From: a virus
Strand: one strand, 5' to 3'
Length of the DNA stretch: 64,000 nucleotides
Virus record (IMG/VR): IMGVR_UViG_3300025812_000003
The position numbers and the translations under genes were made by a program. Below the pieces are notes generated by a model that saw nothing but the letters and a program-made list of their open reading frames with translations, did not search any database and was not told the origin of the DNA. Below, piece after piece: positions 1-7,831 of the stretch. Every line of letters begins with the position of its first letter. Within the stretch, counting starts at the first letter, position 1.

Positions 1-1
1 C

Positions 2-1444
2 ACAGGATACAGCGGCCCTGCTGGTGCCAACACCTCGCTCTCCAACCTGGCCAACCCGACCGCCATCAACGTCGCCGCGCTGACCTTCACGGGCCCCGGC
101 GGCCTGACCGCAGGCGGGAGCGACCAGGACCTCACCCTGACGCCGTCCGGCACGGGCAAGGTCAGCATAGCATCCAGCGTGGACGTCCCCACGGGATCGT
201 CCTACCTCTACAACGGCGTGCCGATGGTCAACGCACAGACCGCCTTGAACAACGTCTTCTTCGGCAACTCGGGCAACCTGACGACCACCGCCGCCAACAA
301 CCTGGCGGTCGGGGGAGGTGCCCTGCATTCCGTCGTCGATGGCGGCGACAACGTGGCAATCGGGACGAACGTCCTCTACCACCTCACCGGCGGCGATAAC
401 AACGTGGCCCTGGGGTTCAACACCCTCCTGTTCCTCAGCACGGGCAGCCAGAACTGCGCGATGGGGACGGAGACGCTCGGCTCCCTCACCACCGGCAACT
501 ACAACATAGGGGTCGGCAACTCCGCCTTGGCCTACGAGGAGACCGGCAGCCAGAACGTCGGCATCGGGTACGCCGCCCTCTACAACGACGCCAGCGGTAC
601 GGGAAACGTCGCCATCGGGTCGAACTGCCTCCAGGACCTCGACATCACTGCGGCCGATGGGAGCGGGAGCAACACCGTCGTCGGATTCAACACCGGCCGG
701 GGCATCATCACCGGGGTCAACAACACGATAATCGGGGCGAACGTCACCAGCCTCAGCAGCACCCTCAGCGGGTGGGTCATCATCGCCAGCGGCGACGGCT
801 CGAAGCGCATCGTGGCGGACCCCGCCGGCAAGGTCGGGGTGAACACCCCGACGCCCGGCACGACCCTCTCCGTGCTTGAGGATCAGACGTACTCGGAGCC
901 GACGCCGGGGACGGCCTCGGGCGGCTTCTCGGTACTGGGCTCGAACGGGCTCTACGGGCTCTACGTGGGCGTGTCGCCCACCGGCAACCCCTGGTTCCAG
1001 TCCATGCGGAACGACTCCGTGGGGTCGACCTACGACCTAGAGCTGAACCCCGTGGGGGGCAAGGTGGGCATCAACACCATCTCCCCGAACGTCGCCCTCG
1101 ACATTTCCACGGGTGCCGTCGCCACCAGGAGGACTCCGCTGGCGGTCTCCAACGGGGCCAACAACGACCTCGCAATCGGCACGGCGGGATACGTCTGCCT
1201 GACCGGCCCCACGGCGGGGTTCAGCATCTCGGGGTTCGCAAACGGGGCGGACGGACGCATTTTGATGGTGACCAACGAGGTCGCCCAAACCTTGACGATC
1301 AAGAACCTGTCCGGCTCCTCCTCGGCGAACCAGATAATCACGGGGACGGGGGCGGACGTCAACCTGAGCGGCGTCGCGGGAGCATCGGCCTGGTTCGTCT
1401 ACAACGCCACGCTGGCCAAGTGGTGCCTGGTCAGGAGCGCCTAA
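2..1444 (+). CDS. Tail-fibre / trimeric beta-helix virion protein, 5' partial
   Basis: The frame of ORF 179..1444 is open back to base 2 (TGYSGPAGANTSLSNL...). It has about 10 tandem G-x-x-N-(V/T/I)-A-(I/V/L/M)-G repeats followed by G(K/N)VG(I/V)NT..P motifs, as in phage fibre proteins. Confidence 0.65.
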   Translation, partial: TGYSGPAGANTSLSNLANPTAINVAALTFTGPGGLTAGGSDQDLTLTPSGTGKVSIASSVDVPTGSSYLYNGVPMVNAQTALNNVFFGNSGNLTTTAANNLAVGGGALHSVVDGGDNVAIGTNVLYHLTGGDNNVALGFNTLLFLSTGSQNCAMGTETLGSLTTGNYNIGVGNSALAYEETGSQNVGIGYAALYNDASGTGNVAIGSNCLQDLDITAADGSGSNTVVGFNTGRGIITGVNNTIIGANVTSLSSTLSGWVIIASGDGSKRIVADPAGKVGVNTPTPGTTLSVLEDQTYSEPTPGTASGGFSVLGSNGLYGLYVGVSPTGNPWFQSMRNDSVGSTYDLELNPVGGKVGINTISPNVALDISTGAVATRRTPLAVSNGANNDLAIGTAGYVCLTGPTAGFSISGFANGADGRILMVTNEVAQTLTIKNLSGSSSANQIITGTGADVNLSGVAGASAWFVYNATLAKWCLVRSA

Positions 1445-1475
1445 CAAGGGGCGCAGTCGTCTACTAGGAGGAAGC

Positions 1476-1880
1476 ATGAGCATCCAACTCGGAACGTCCT
1501 ACGTCGTCGGGGGGGCGGGCGTCGCGCAGGAAAGCTGCGCCCACGCCGCCCTCACCAGCATCGTCATCGACTTCGAGGCCAGCACCATAAAAGCGGTGCT
1601 GTCGCTCGGCACCAGCACCGTCGCGGCGGGCAAGGCCAAGGCGTTCGCCAGCGACCCGAATGCCCCCAGGATCATGGTCTTGTTCGACCTGGCTGCGAAC
1701 ACGTGGCGGGCGTTCGGTCAGGCGGGGGCGCGGAACGCCCCGAGCCCGCTGACGGCGGGAGAAATCTCCGCGTTGAATGCGATTCTATCCGCCTCGGCGG
1801 CGGCGTGCAGGAACCCGGGGGAGGGGTTCGCCGTCTCCCATGGCCTTTTCGGAACGGGCTGCACCACCGTCCCGTGGTAG
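1476..1880 (+). CDS. Hypothetical protein (possible fibre-associated)
   Basis: 134-aa ORF with RBS AGGAGG upstream, directly after the fibre gene. Confidence 0.6.
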   Translation: MSIQLGTSYVVGGAGVAQESCAHAALTSIVIDFEASTIKAVLSLGTSTVAAGKAKAFASDPNAPRIMVLFDLAANTWRAFGQAGARNAPSPLTAGEISALNAILSASAAACRNPGEGFAVSHGLFGTGCTTVPW

Positions 1881-1916
1881 GGACGACGAGGCAAAGAGCA
1901 CCTGGCTTCTAGGATT

Positions 1917-2597
1917 ATGGGATCGGCTGCATCCCAGTCTCCGGATGCTGGCAACATGGGAAGCCCGGCCGATCGAGTATTGTCCCCCATGGGGCCCCAT
2001 CCCGTCATCGCCGTGCTGCAGCGGTCCCTCAACCCGGACGCCGACGAGGGGAGGGGCGTCGCGATATCCAAGGCAATCGAGGCATATTCCGGCCCGCGGC
2101 GCAAGTGGCACGATCTCCGCTACCTGAAGCTGGGGCTGGACGAGCACGGGAGGCTCCTCGGCGGGCTGCCCGGAAGGCATGCGATGGCCGCATGGCTGTA
2201 CCATTGCGTGGAGCCGGAGGACGAGGAGGCGTCCGCCGTGGCGCTGCTCCGCGACGCCCCGGCGCTGGGGTTCTCCCTGGACGAGGCGGAGGACAGGATA
2301 ATCCCCATGATAACGGAGTCCGCCCTGGCCAGGCTTCCGTCCGCGACGGCGGGGGCGGTCGGGGACATGCGCATAGCCGTCCTCGGCCAGAAGCGGCCCT
2401 CCTACCTGGCCTACTCGCGCAGGCTCAGGGCCGAATACCCCTTCCTGGACGAGGAGGCATGGAGGCTCGGGCGCTCGTCGGTCCTCCGGTCGCTCCTGGG
2501 CAGGAAGCCCCTCTACCACAGGGAGGAGTTCGAGGCGGCCCTGGCCGGCAGGGCCAGGAGGAATATGGAGGCGGAGCTGAGGCTCCTGGGCACCTGA
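1917..2597 (+). CDS. HD-superfamily phosphohydrolase-like protein with degenerate HD motif
   Basis: The C-terminal pattern Y..Y...LRAEY.F.....W..GR..VL..LL....LY....F.....AR.N...EL resembles the COG4339-type HD family. The start may instead be 1989. Confidence 0.55.
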   Translation: MGSAASQSPDAGNMGSPADRVLSPMGPHPVIAVLQRSLNPDADEGRGVAISKAIEAYSGPRRKWHDLRYLKLGLDEHGRLLGGLPGRHAMAAWLYHCVEPEDEEASAVALLRDAPALGFSLDEAEDRIIPMITESALARLPSATAGAVGDMRIAVLGQKRPSYLAYSRRLRAEYPFLDEEAWRLGRSSVLRSLLGRKPLYHREEFEAALAGRARRNMEAELRLLGT

Positions 2598-2618
2598 GCG
2601 GCAAAGGCCGGAAGGTTT

Positions 2619-2631
2619 CGGTATTATGGGA
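2619..2631 (+). promoter_or_regulatory. CGGTATTATGGGA motif, putative phage promoter element
   Basis: The identical 13-mer occurs at 26849-26861. Both copies head plus-strand units and are followed by a purine-rich tract. Confidence 0.45.
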
Positions 2632-2670
2632 AGGCGGGCGGGAAGAAGGCACCCGCTGTCCGTCGCAGAG

Positions 2671-2707
2671 GGGCCCCGGGACGCCCCCACGGGCGGGCCC
2701 GGGGCCC
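2671..2707 (+). other. GC-rich hairpin in the leader of the Clp ATPase gene
   Basis: GGGCCCCGGG (2671-2680) pairs with CCCGGGGCCC (2698-2707). The inner stem is CGCCC/GGGCG with loop CCAC. There is no U-tract. Confidence 0.5.
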
Positions 2708-2770
2708 AGCCAGCAAACGGGCTTCCCGATCCATCTTGTAGGGAAAAATCACAAGGAAGGCGTGGTCGGG

Positions 2771-3838
2771 ATGACGAAGAAGCATTCGAGGAAGCTGGAC
2801 ACGAGCCTGAAGAGCGACGAGGAAAGGGATCTCGGTGACGCCCTGAGGCGCATGATCGTGGGCCAGGAGGAGGCCGTGGACGCCCTGGTCGACGCCTACA
2901 CGGTGTTCCTGGGGGGCCTCAACCCCCCGGACCGCCCGGTCGCCAACCTCATGTTCCTCGGCCCCACCGGATGCGGCAAGACGCTGGCGATGGAGGCGAT
3001 GGGCGAGGCGCTCTTCGGGACCAGGGGGGCGGTCAAGAAGGTCTCCTGCGAGGAGTTCGCCCACGGGCACGAGGTGGCGAAGCTCGTCGGATCCCCGCCC
3101 GGCTACCTCGGACACAGGGAGACCCCGCCGTTCTTCACGCAGGAGTCCCTGGCGCAGCACCATACGGACAAGCTCAAGCTGACCCTGGTGCTCTTCGACG
3201 AGATAGAGAAGGCGTCGGACGCGCTGTGGAACCTCCTCCTCGGGATACTGGACAAGGCCAGCCTCGTGCTCGGCGACAACCGAACGGTCAGCTTCGCGCA
3301 GTGCATCATCGCCCTGACGGGAAACCTCGGCGGGCGGCAGATGCAGGCCCTCGCCGAAGGCGGGATGGGGTTCTCCGGTTCCAGCGTCGTAGCGGGGGAG
3401 GAACTGGACAAGGGCGTGGACAAGGTGGCGGAGGGCGAGGCAAAGAAAAGGTTCTCCCCCGAGTTCATGAACCGCATCGACAAGGTCGTGGCGTTCCATG
3501 CCCTGCGCCCCGAGCACCTCAAGAAGGTGGTGGAGATCGAGCTCGGGCTGGTGCAGGACAGAATCCTCAAGGCCCCCCCGAGCCAGCAGTTCGTGCTGAC
3601 CTACACGGACGGAGCGAAGGCCCTCCTGCTGGAAAAGGGGACGGACGTCAAGAACGGGGCCCGCCCGCTCAAGAGGGCCATCGAGAAGATGGTGATCAGG
3701 CGGCTGGCCAGGCTGCTCTCTACCAGGCAGATACAGATGGGCGACCTCGTGGAGGTACGGGAGGACGGGGGGGACCTCGCCTTCGTCACGGTAGGGGAGG
3801 CGATCCTGGAACAGGCGGCGCGGGTGGCAAGGGCATGA
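2771..3838 (+). CDS. ClpA/ClpB-family AAA+ ATPase, second nucleotide-binding domain only
   Basis: Motifs IVGQEEA, FLGPTGCGKT, LVGSPPGYLG, LFDEIEKA, FSPEFMNRID and GARPLKRAIE. Likely start is ATG 2771 after AAGGAAGG; the upstream part of ORF 2105 is low-complexity. Confidence 0.9.
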   Translation: MTKKHSRKLDTSLKSDEERDLGDALRRMIVGQEEAVDALVDAYTVFLGGLNPPDRPVANLMFLGPTGCGKTLAMEAMGEALFGTRGAVKKVSCEEFAHGHEVAKLVGSPPGYLGHRETPPFFTQESLAQHHTDKLKLTLVLFDEIEKASDALWNLLLGILDKASLVLGDNRTVSFAQCIIALTGNLGGRQMQALAEGGMGFSGSSVVAGEELDKGVDKVAEGEAKKRFSPEFMNRIDKVVAFHALRPEHLKKVVEIELGLVQDRILKAPPSQQFVLTYTDGAKALLLEKGTDVKNGARPLKRAIEKMVIRRLARLLSTRQIQMGDLVEVREDGGDLAFVTVGEAILEQAARVARA

Positions 3839-3866
3839 GTATTGGGCCCTTTGTAAGGAGAAACCT

Positions 3867-4136
3867 ATGAGTCTTAACCTCAAGTCTTTGACCGACCGCC
3901 TGCAAGGGAAGTCCACGACGTTCTTCGTGGCCTTCTTCGTCATGGGCAATCTCTTCCACTTCATCGGCAAGCTGGACTCGACCTTCATCACCTTCATGAC
4001 GGCCCTGCTCGGCTTCGTGGTCGGACACAGCTTCAAGGACGACAAGCACGAGCAGAACATGGCCGTGATAAATGGCGGGAACGGAAAGGCCAATTCTCCG
4101 GACCCGCCGTCCGCATCTCCCCCGGCCCTGACCTGA
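3867..4136 (+). CDS. Small two-TM membrane protein, holin candidate
   Basis: 89 aa with two hydrophobic segments, a charged C-terminus and RBS AAGGAG. Confidence 0.45.
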   Translation: MSLNLKSLTDRLQGKSTTFFVAFFVMGNLFHFIGKLDSTFITFMTALLGFVVGHSFKDDKHEQNMAVINGGNGKANSPDPPSASPPALT

Positions 4137-4144
4137 AAAAAAAA

Positions 4145-4177
4145 TTCACGAAAATCATATCCCTTCGTGTATACTAT
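4145..4177 (+). promoter_or_regulatory. Possible sigma70-like promoter
   Basis: AT-rich intergenic region with TATACT at 4170-4175 and TTCACG at 4145-4150. The 19-bp spacing is long. Confidence 0.3.
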
Positions 4178-4230
4178 AGGTGTGGACGAACGCACCATGG
4201 GAAACGAACGGAAGCCGTGAGGGGGGGGCA

Positions 4231-4722
4231 ATGAAGCCGATACTGCTGATCAGGCTCGGTACGTGCCAGACGCACGACCAATACGAGGGGGTGGGGTTCG
4301 AGGACCTGAATACGACCGAACAGGCCCGGACGTACTGGGACGAGTTCAAAGACAAGGAATGCCTCCTGGTCTACAACGGAAAAGTCTACGACGCGACCCC
4401 GCAGGGGTTCGTCCGGGCGGCAGAGGACTGCCTGCCGGTGCCGACGAGGAAATCCAAGTATTCGGCCCTGGACGCGCTGGAAGTGGGGCAGAACGTGGTA
4501 ATAGACGTCCCGAGGTCCTCGTCGCTGAGCAAGACCATCGCCATCAGGCAAGCCAGGGACGGGAAGAAATTCGTCAGGAGGAAGGTCGAGGGCGGCGTGC
4601 GGGTATGGCGCGTGGAGCCCGGGGCCGAGAAGAAGGCGAAGGGACGCACCCAGAAGAAGCCCGTCGATGCCCCCGCCAAGCCTAGCCCGAAAGACGGGAC
4701 CGCACCTCAGGAGAACCCATGA
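4231..4722 (+). CDS. Hypothetical protein with a basic phage DNA-binding-like C-terminal domain
   Basis: ATG 4231 follows a G-rich RBS. Motif SKY..L..LEVG...KF.RR....GVRVWRV. Confidence 0.55.
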   Translation: MKPILLIRLGTCQTHDQYEGVGFEDLNTTEQARTYWDEFKDKECLLVYNGKVYDATPQGFVRAAEDCLPVPTRKSKYSALDALEVGQNVVIDVPRSSSLSKTIAIRQARDGKKFVRRKVEGGVRVWRVEPGAEKKAKGRTQKKPVDAPAKPSPKDGTAPQENP

Positions 4723-4940
4723 AACGAAAGAAGGAGCCCTGGCCCAGGATCGGGACCTTGGTGGCGTTGAAGCGGACCGCCCGCTACTACGAGCCGCCCC
4801 ACGAGTGGGACGGCATCCCGCAGGACTCCAACATAATGCTCGTCCAGCACGTCGAAAAGCAGGATGGATGCACCATCGTGAACGGATGGTGGAGGAAAGA
4901 AGAAGTGCGCCCGCTGACCAAGCGGGAAAAGGACGAATGA
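4719..4940 (+). CDS. Hypothetical protein
   Basis: 73-aa ORF with ATGA overlap to the previous gene. Confidence 0.6.
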   Translation: MKRKKEPWPRIGTLVALKRTARYYEPPHEWDGIPQDSNIMLVQHVEKQDGCTIVNGWWRKEEVRPLTKREKDE

Positions 4941-4941
4941 C

Positions 4942-6324
4942 ATGACCAAAGAGATTGCGGCCGGATACGTGATGGACGCCCTCCGCAAGAAGGGCTTCGA
5001 GGCATTCCTGGTCGGCGGGTGCGTCCGGGACCTGCTCCTGGGCAAGGAGCCCAAGGACTACGACGTGACCACCAACGCCCGGCCCGAGCAGGTCATGGAG
5101 CTATTCGTCAACGAGGCCGAGGTCCCGTCGCCGGAAGTCAGCGACAAGTCCCATGGGCCCTTCAAGCCCTTCAAGCCCTTCGGGGACCACGACGTGAAGA
5201 CCATACCGGTGGGGGCGGCATTCGGGGTCGTCACCGTGGCAATCGACGGCATACCGACCGAGGTGGCGACCTACAGGGCGGACGGGGACTACGCCGATGG
5301 CCGCCATCCCAACGTGGTGTTCTACGCCGACAGCGCCAGGGAAGACGTGTCCCGCAGGGACTTCACCATCAACGGGCTGCTGTCCCTCGGGGAGATTTTT
5401 CCTCCTTCCCCGGCCAGGGAAGGAATGGTAGGACTGGCGGCCGCAGGAGGCAAGCGCTACCACATCCGGGACCACGTAGGCGGGCTCGACGACCTCAAGG
5501 GCAAGATCATCCGCTGCATCGGCGACCCGGACAAGCGCTTCGGGGAGGACGCCCTGCGGATGCTGAGGGCGTGCCGGTTCGCCGCCCAGCTCGGGTTCGA
5601 GGTCGAGGAGGGCACGAAGGAGGCCATCAGGAGGAACGCGCCCACCATCGGGAAGGTGTCGACGGAGCGGATCGCGGCGGAGCTCCTGAGGCTGGTGTCC
5701 AGCCCCCATCCCATGAAGGGCCTCGTCCCCCTCATCGCCACGGGGCTCGTGGACCACATCCCCCTGCTCGACAAGGTAATCTACGGGGCGGGGCTGTCGC
5801 TGATCTTCCGCCATTTCCATGCCCACCCGACCGACGATCCCGCCACGGGGATGGCAATCATCACGCGGACGGCAAGCGGGGAGGACGTCGTCTACCTGCT
5901 GCGAGGGCTCAAGCTGTCCAACGATTTGCAGGACGAGATCAACGGCATCAAGCTCGTGCGAAGCACGGTGAGGGGGACGTACGACATCGACGACCCCCCG
6001 TACTTCAAGCGGCTGATGCGGACGCCCGGTGCCGCCAAGGCAATCACCCTGCTGGAACAGGACATCGAAATGGGGGACGAGCACCTCAAGGACAAGGTCG
6101 CGTACCTGAAATCGCTGAAGCCCGAGGACATCAACCCCCCGAGGCTCGTTACGGGGGACGACCTCCTGGCCATGGGGATGGCGGCGGGCCCCGGGTTCGG
6201 CGTCATCCTGCGCGCCATCGAGGAGGGGCAGCTCGCCGGGACGCTGAAGGGACGGGACGAGGCCCTCGAACATGCCAGGAAAATGGCATCGAAGGACGAA
6301 GCGAAGGAAGGCAAGGAGGCATGA
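4942..6324 (+). CDS. cca: CCA-adding enzyme / tRNA nucleotidyltransferase (class II)
   Basis: Motifs FLVGGCVRDLLLG, KDYDVTT, EVATYR, DVSRRDFTING, RFGEDALRMLRACRFAAQLGF, VSTERI..EL, and C-terminal L.TG.DL..MG...GP.FG.IL. Confidence 0.93.
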   Translation: MTKEIAAGYVMDALRKKGFEAFLVGGCVRDLLLGKEPKDYDVTTNARPEQVMELFVNEAEVPSPEVSDKSHGPFKPFKPFGDHDVKTIPVGAAFGVVTVAIDGIPTEVATYRADGDYADGRHPNVVFYADSAREDVSRRDFTINGLLSLGEIFPPSPAREGMVGLAAAGGKRYHIRDHVGGLDDLKGKIIRCIGDPDKRFGEDALRMLRACRFAAQLGFEVEEGTKEAIRRNAPTIGKVSTERIAAELLRLVSSPHPMKGLVPLIATGLVDHIPLLDKVIYGAGLSLIFRHFHAHPTDDPATGMAIITRTASGEDVVYLLRGLKLSNDLQDEINGIKLVRSTVRGTYDIDDPPYFKRLMRTPGAAKAITLLEQDIEMGDEHLKDKVAYLKSLKPEDINPPRLVTGDDLLAMGMAAGPGFGVILRAIEEGQLAGTLKGRDEALEHARKMASKDEAKEGKEA

Positions 6325-6665
6325 TGAGATTCGACATTAACGCCCGCACGGTAGTATGGGTCGGGGCGAGCATACAGAAGGATTCCGTCGTCATCTTCTA
6401 TGACAGCCCGCCGTCTTCCTGGTACGATGGCCCCGCACCAGCGGCAGAGGGATGCGGGGAGGAAGAGGACTGCGCGACGAAGACCAGCGTGGAAGGGCTG
6501 CCGAAGCCGGAGCCCAAAAACTACTGGCTGGACGAGCTGGACTACGACGTCCACGCCATCACCGTTTCCCGCAAGGCGGCAGCCAGAAGGTTCAGCCCGC
6601 TGCCGTCCCACGGGACGCTGGAGATCGTGGAGTTCGAGCTCAAGAAAAGGGGAAGGCGCATATAG
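6321..6665 (+). CDS. Hypothetical protein
   Basis: ATG 6321 after AAGGAGG, overlapping the cca stop codon. Confidence 0.55.
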   Translation: MMRFDINARTVVWVGASIQKDSVVIFYDSPPSSWYDGPAPAAEGCGEEEDCATKTSVEGLPKPEPKNYWLDELDYDVHAITVSRKAAARRFSPLPSHGTLEIVEFELKKRGRRI

Positions 6666-6686
6666 GCACAAGCCTGAGGAGGGGCC

Positions 6687-6884
6687 ATGCCCAACAAATC
6701 CAAGAAGCGGATGAAGCCCCGCCCGGCATGCTGGCCGGGGGAGAGCCTCAACTTCCGCATGTGGAGGGAGGGGAACAAAGCCACCGTCATATGCGAGAAG
6801 TGCAGGGGCATACTGCTCGTCCTTACCGGGCAGGCGGCGGACGTCCTGTCCCTCATGAAGGAGCACAGATGCAGGCAAAAATAG
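6687..6884 (+). CDS. Small CxxC (zinc-ribbon-like) protein
   Basis: 65 aa, RBS GAGGAGG, CEKC motif. Confidence 0.55.
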   Translation: MPNKSKKRMKPRPACWPGESLNFRMWREGNKATVICEKCRGILLVLTGQAADVLSLMKEHRCRQK

Positions 6885-7255
6885 GAAGGCCCCTCAGGAA
6901 GGCGACGGGGGTGGCGGCTGCGGCGATCCTGTGGCCCTATCCCGAGGCCGCGGCGGGGCTGTTCCTCCTGTGGCTGTTCTGGGACAGCCTCGACAGGATG
7001 GCCCGCAGGACGTATGCGGACTACCACGTGAGGAAGGCCAGGAAGGCCCTCAGGGAGGACCTCCACACCAGGGTGGAGCCGTGCATCATCCCCATCATGA
7101 ACGAAAGGATCAGGGCGGAAAGGGAAAAGAAGGAAAGAAGCAGGCAAAGACGGGAGCGCCTGCGGTGCTTCGCGAAGGCGCTGGCGGACAACGTCCTTGC
7201 GCCCTTCCGGGCGAACGTCGGCACATGGAGGAAGACCGATGAGGAAGGCGGATGA
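6869..7255 (+). CDS. Membrane protein with coiled-coil C-terminus
   Basis: ATG 6869 after AAGGAG; N-terminal hydrophobic segments. Confidence 0.5.
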   Translation: MQAKIGRPLRKATGVAAAAILWPYPEAAAGLFLLWLFWDSLDRMARRTYADYHVRKARKALREDLHTRVEPCIIPIMNERIRAEREKKERSRQRRERLRCFAKALADNVLAPFRANVGTWRKTDEEGG

Positions 7256-7373
7256 GGTCTGCACGAAGTACGCCCTCTGGGCGACCTCCAGCCCGCTGAA
7301 CTACGTCCTCGGGTTCGTCGTCCCCCTGGCGGCATTGGTGATCGGCTTGGTGTTCCTGGCAATGCAAGCATGA
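7239..7373 (+). CDS. 44-aa single-TM membrane protein (not in ORF track)
   Basis: Hand translation gives MRKADEVCTKYALWATSSPLNYVLGFVVPLAALVIGLVFLAMQA. Confidence 0.4.
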   Translation: MRKADEVCTKYALWATSSPLNYVLGFVVPLAALVIGLVFLAMQA

Positions 7374-7385
7374 CCGGAGGAAAAA

Positions 7386-7625
7386 ATGAAGATGCACGTC
7401 CTTTCGATGCTGTTCGTCGTCCTGGCAGTGGGATTCCTGGACTTCTGCCTGCTTGCCGGGGCCATCGTGTTCAATCCCCCCCAGCTTTCCCTGATTTGGC
7501 TCTATCCCCTGATGTCCCTCGTATTCTTGTTCATCAACGTCCGCGACGCCAGGCTGATCCGGGAAAGGCACAAGAGGGAACGGGGATTCGGGCCGAGGGC
7601 ATGGGACAATCCGGGGCAGCCATGA
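7386..7625 (+). CDS. Small two-TM membrane protein
   Basis: 79 aa, RBS GGAGGA, two hydrophobic helices. Confidence 0.55.
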   Translation: MKMHVLSMLFVVLAVGFLDFCLLAGAIVFNPPQLSLIWLYPLMSLVFLFINVRDARLIRERHKRERGFGPRAWDNPGQP

Positions 7626-7831
7626 ACATGCCGACGACCAAGGGTCCGATGTGGGTCATATCCCAGGATCGGGTGCAGCTCTGGAACGGGGACGTGAAGT
7701 TCTACGACGTGCCCAATCCCTGCAAGTTCGACCTGCCGAACAGGCCCCTGCTGCCCGAGGAGGCGGAAGGGGGGCCCGACGTTTTTTTGCCTGCCTGTAA
7801 GGGCTCCACGTCCCTGTCGTACACGTTGTAG
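7622..7831 (+). CDS. Hypothetical protein overlapping the 3' end of the giant ORF
   Basis: ATGA overlap with the previous gene; convergent overlap at 7702-7831. Confidence 0.35.
   Translation: MNMPTTKGPMWVISQDRVQLWNGDVKFYDVPNPCKFDLPNRPLLPEEAEGGPDVFLPACKGSTSLSYTL

Noticed and set aside
2671-2707. Rho-independent terminator
   Set aside because: The stem is strong but there is no U-tract on either strand, so it is kept only as a leader hairpin.
2105-2770. N-terminal 222 aa of the ORF-track Clp ATPase call
   Set aside because: It overlaps the HD gene in another frame and is Arg/Gly/Pro low-complexity. A better start with RBS lies at 2771.
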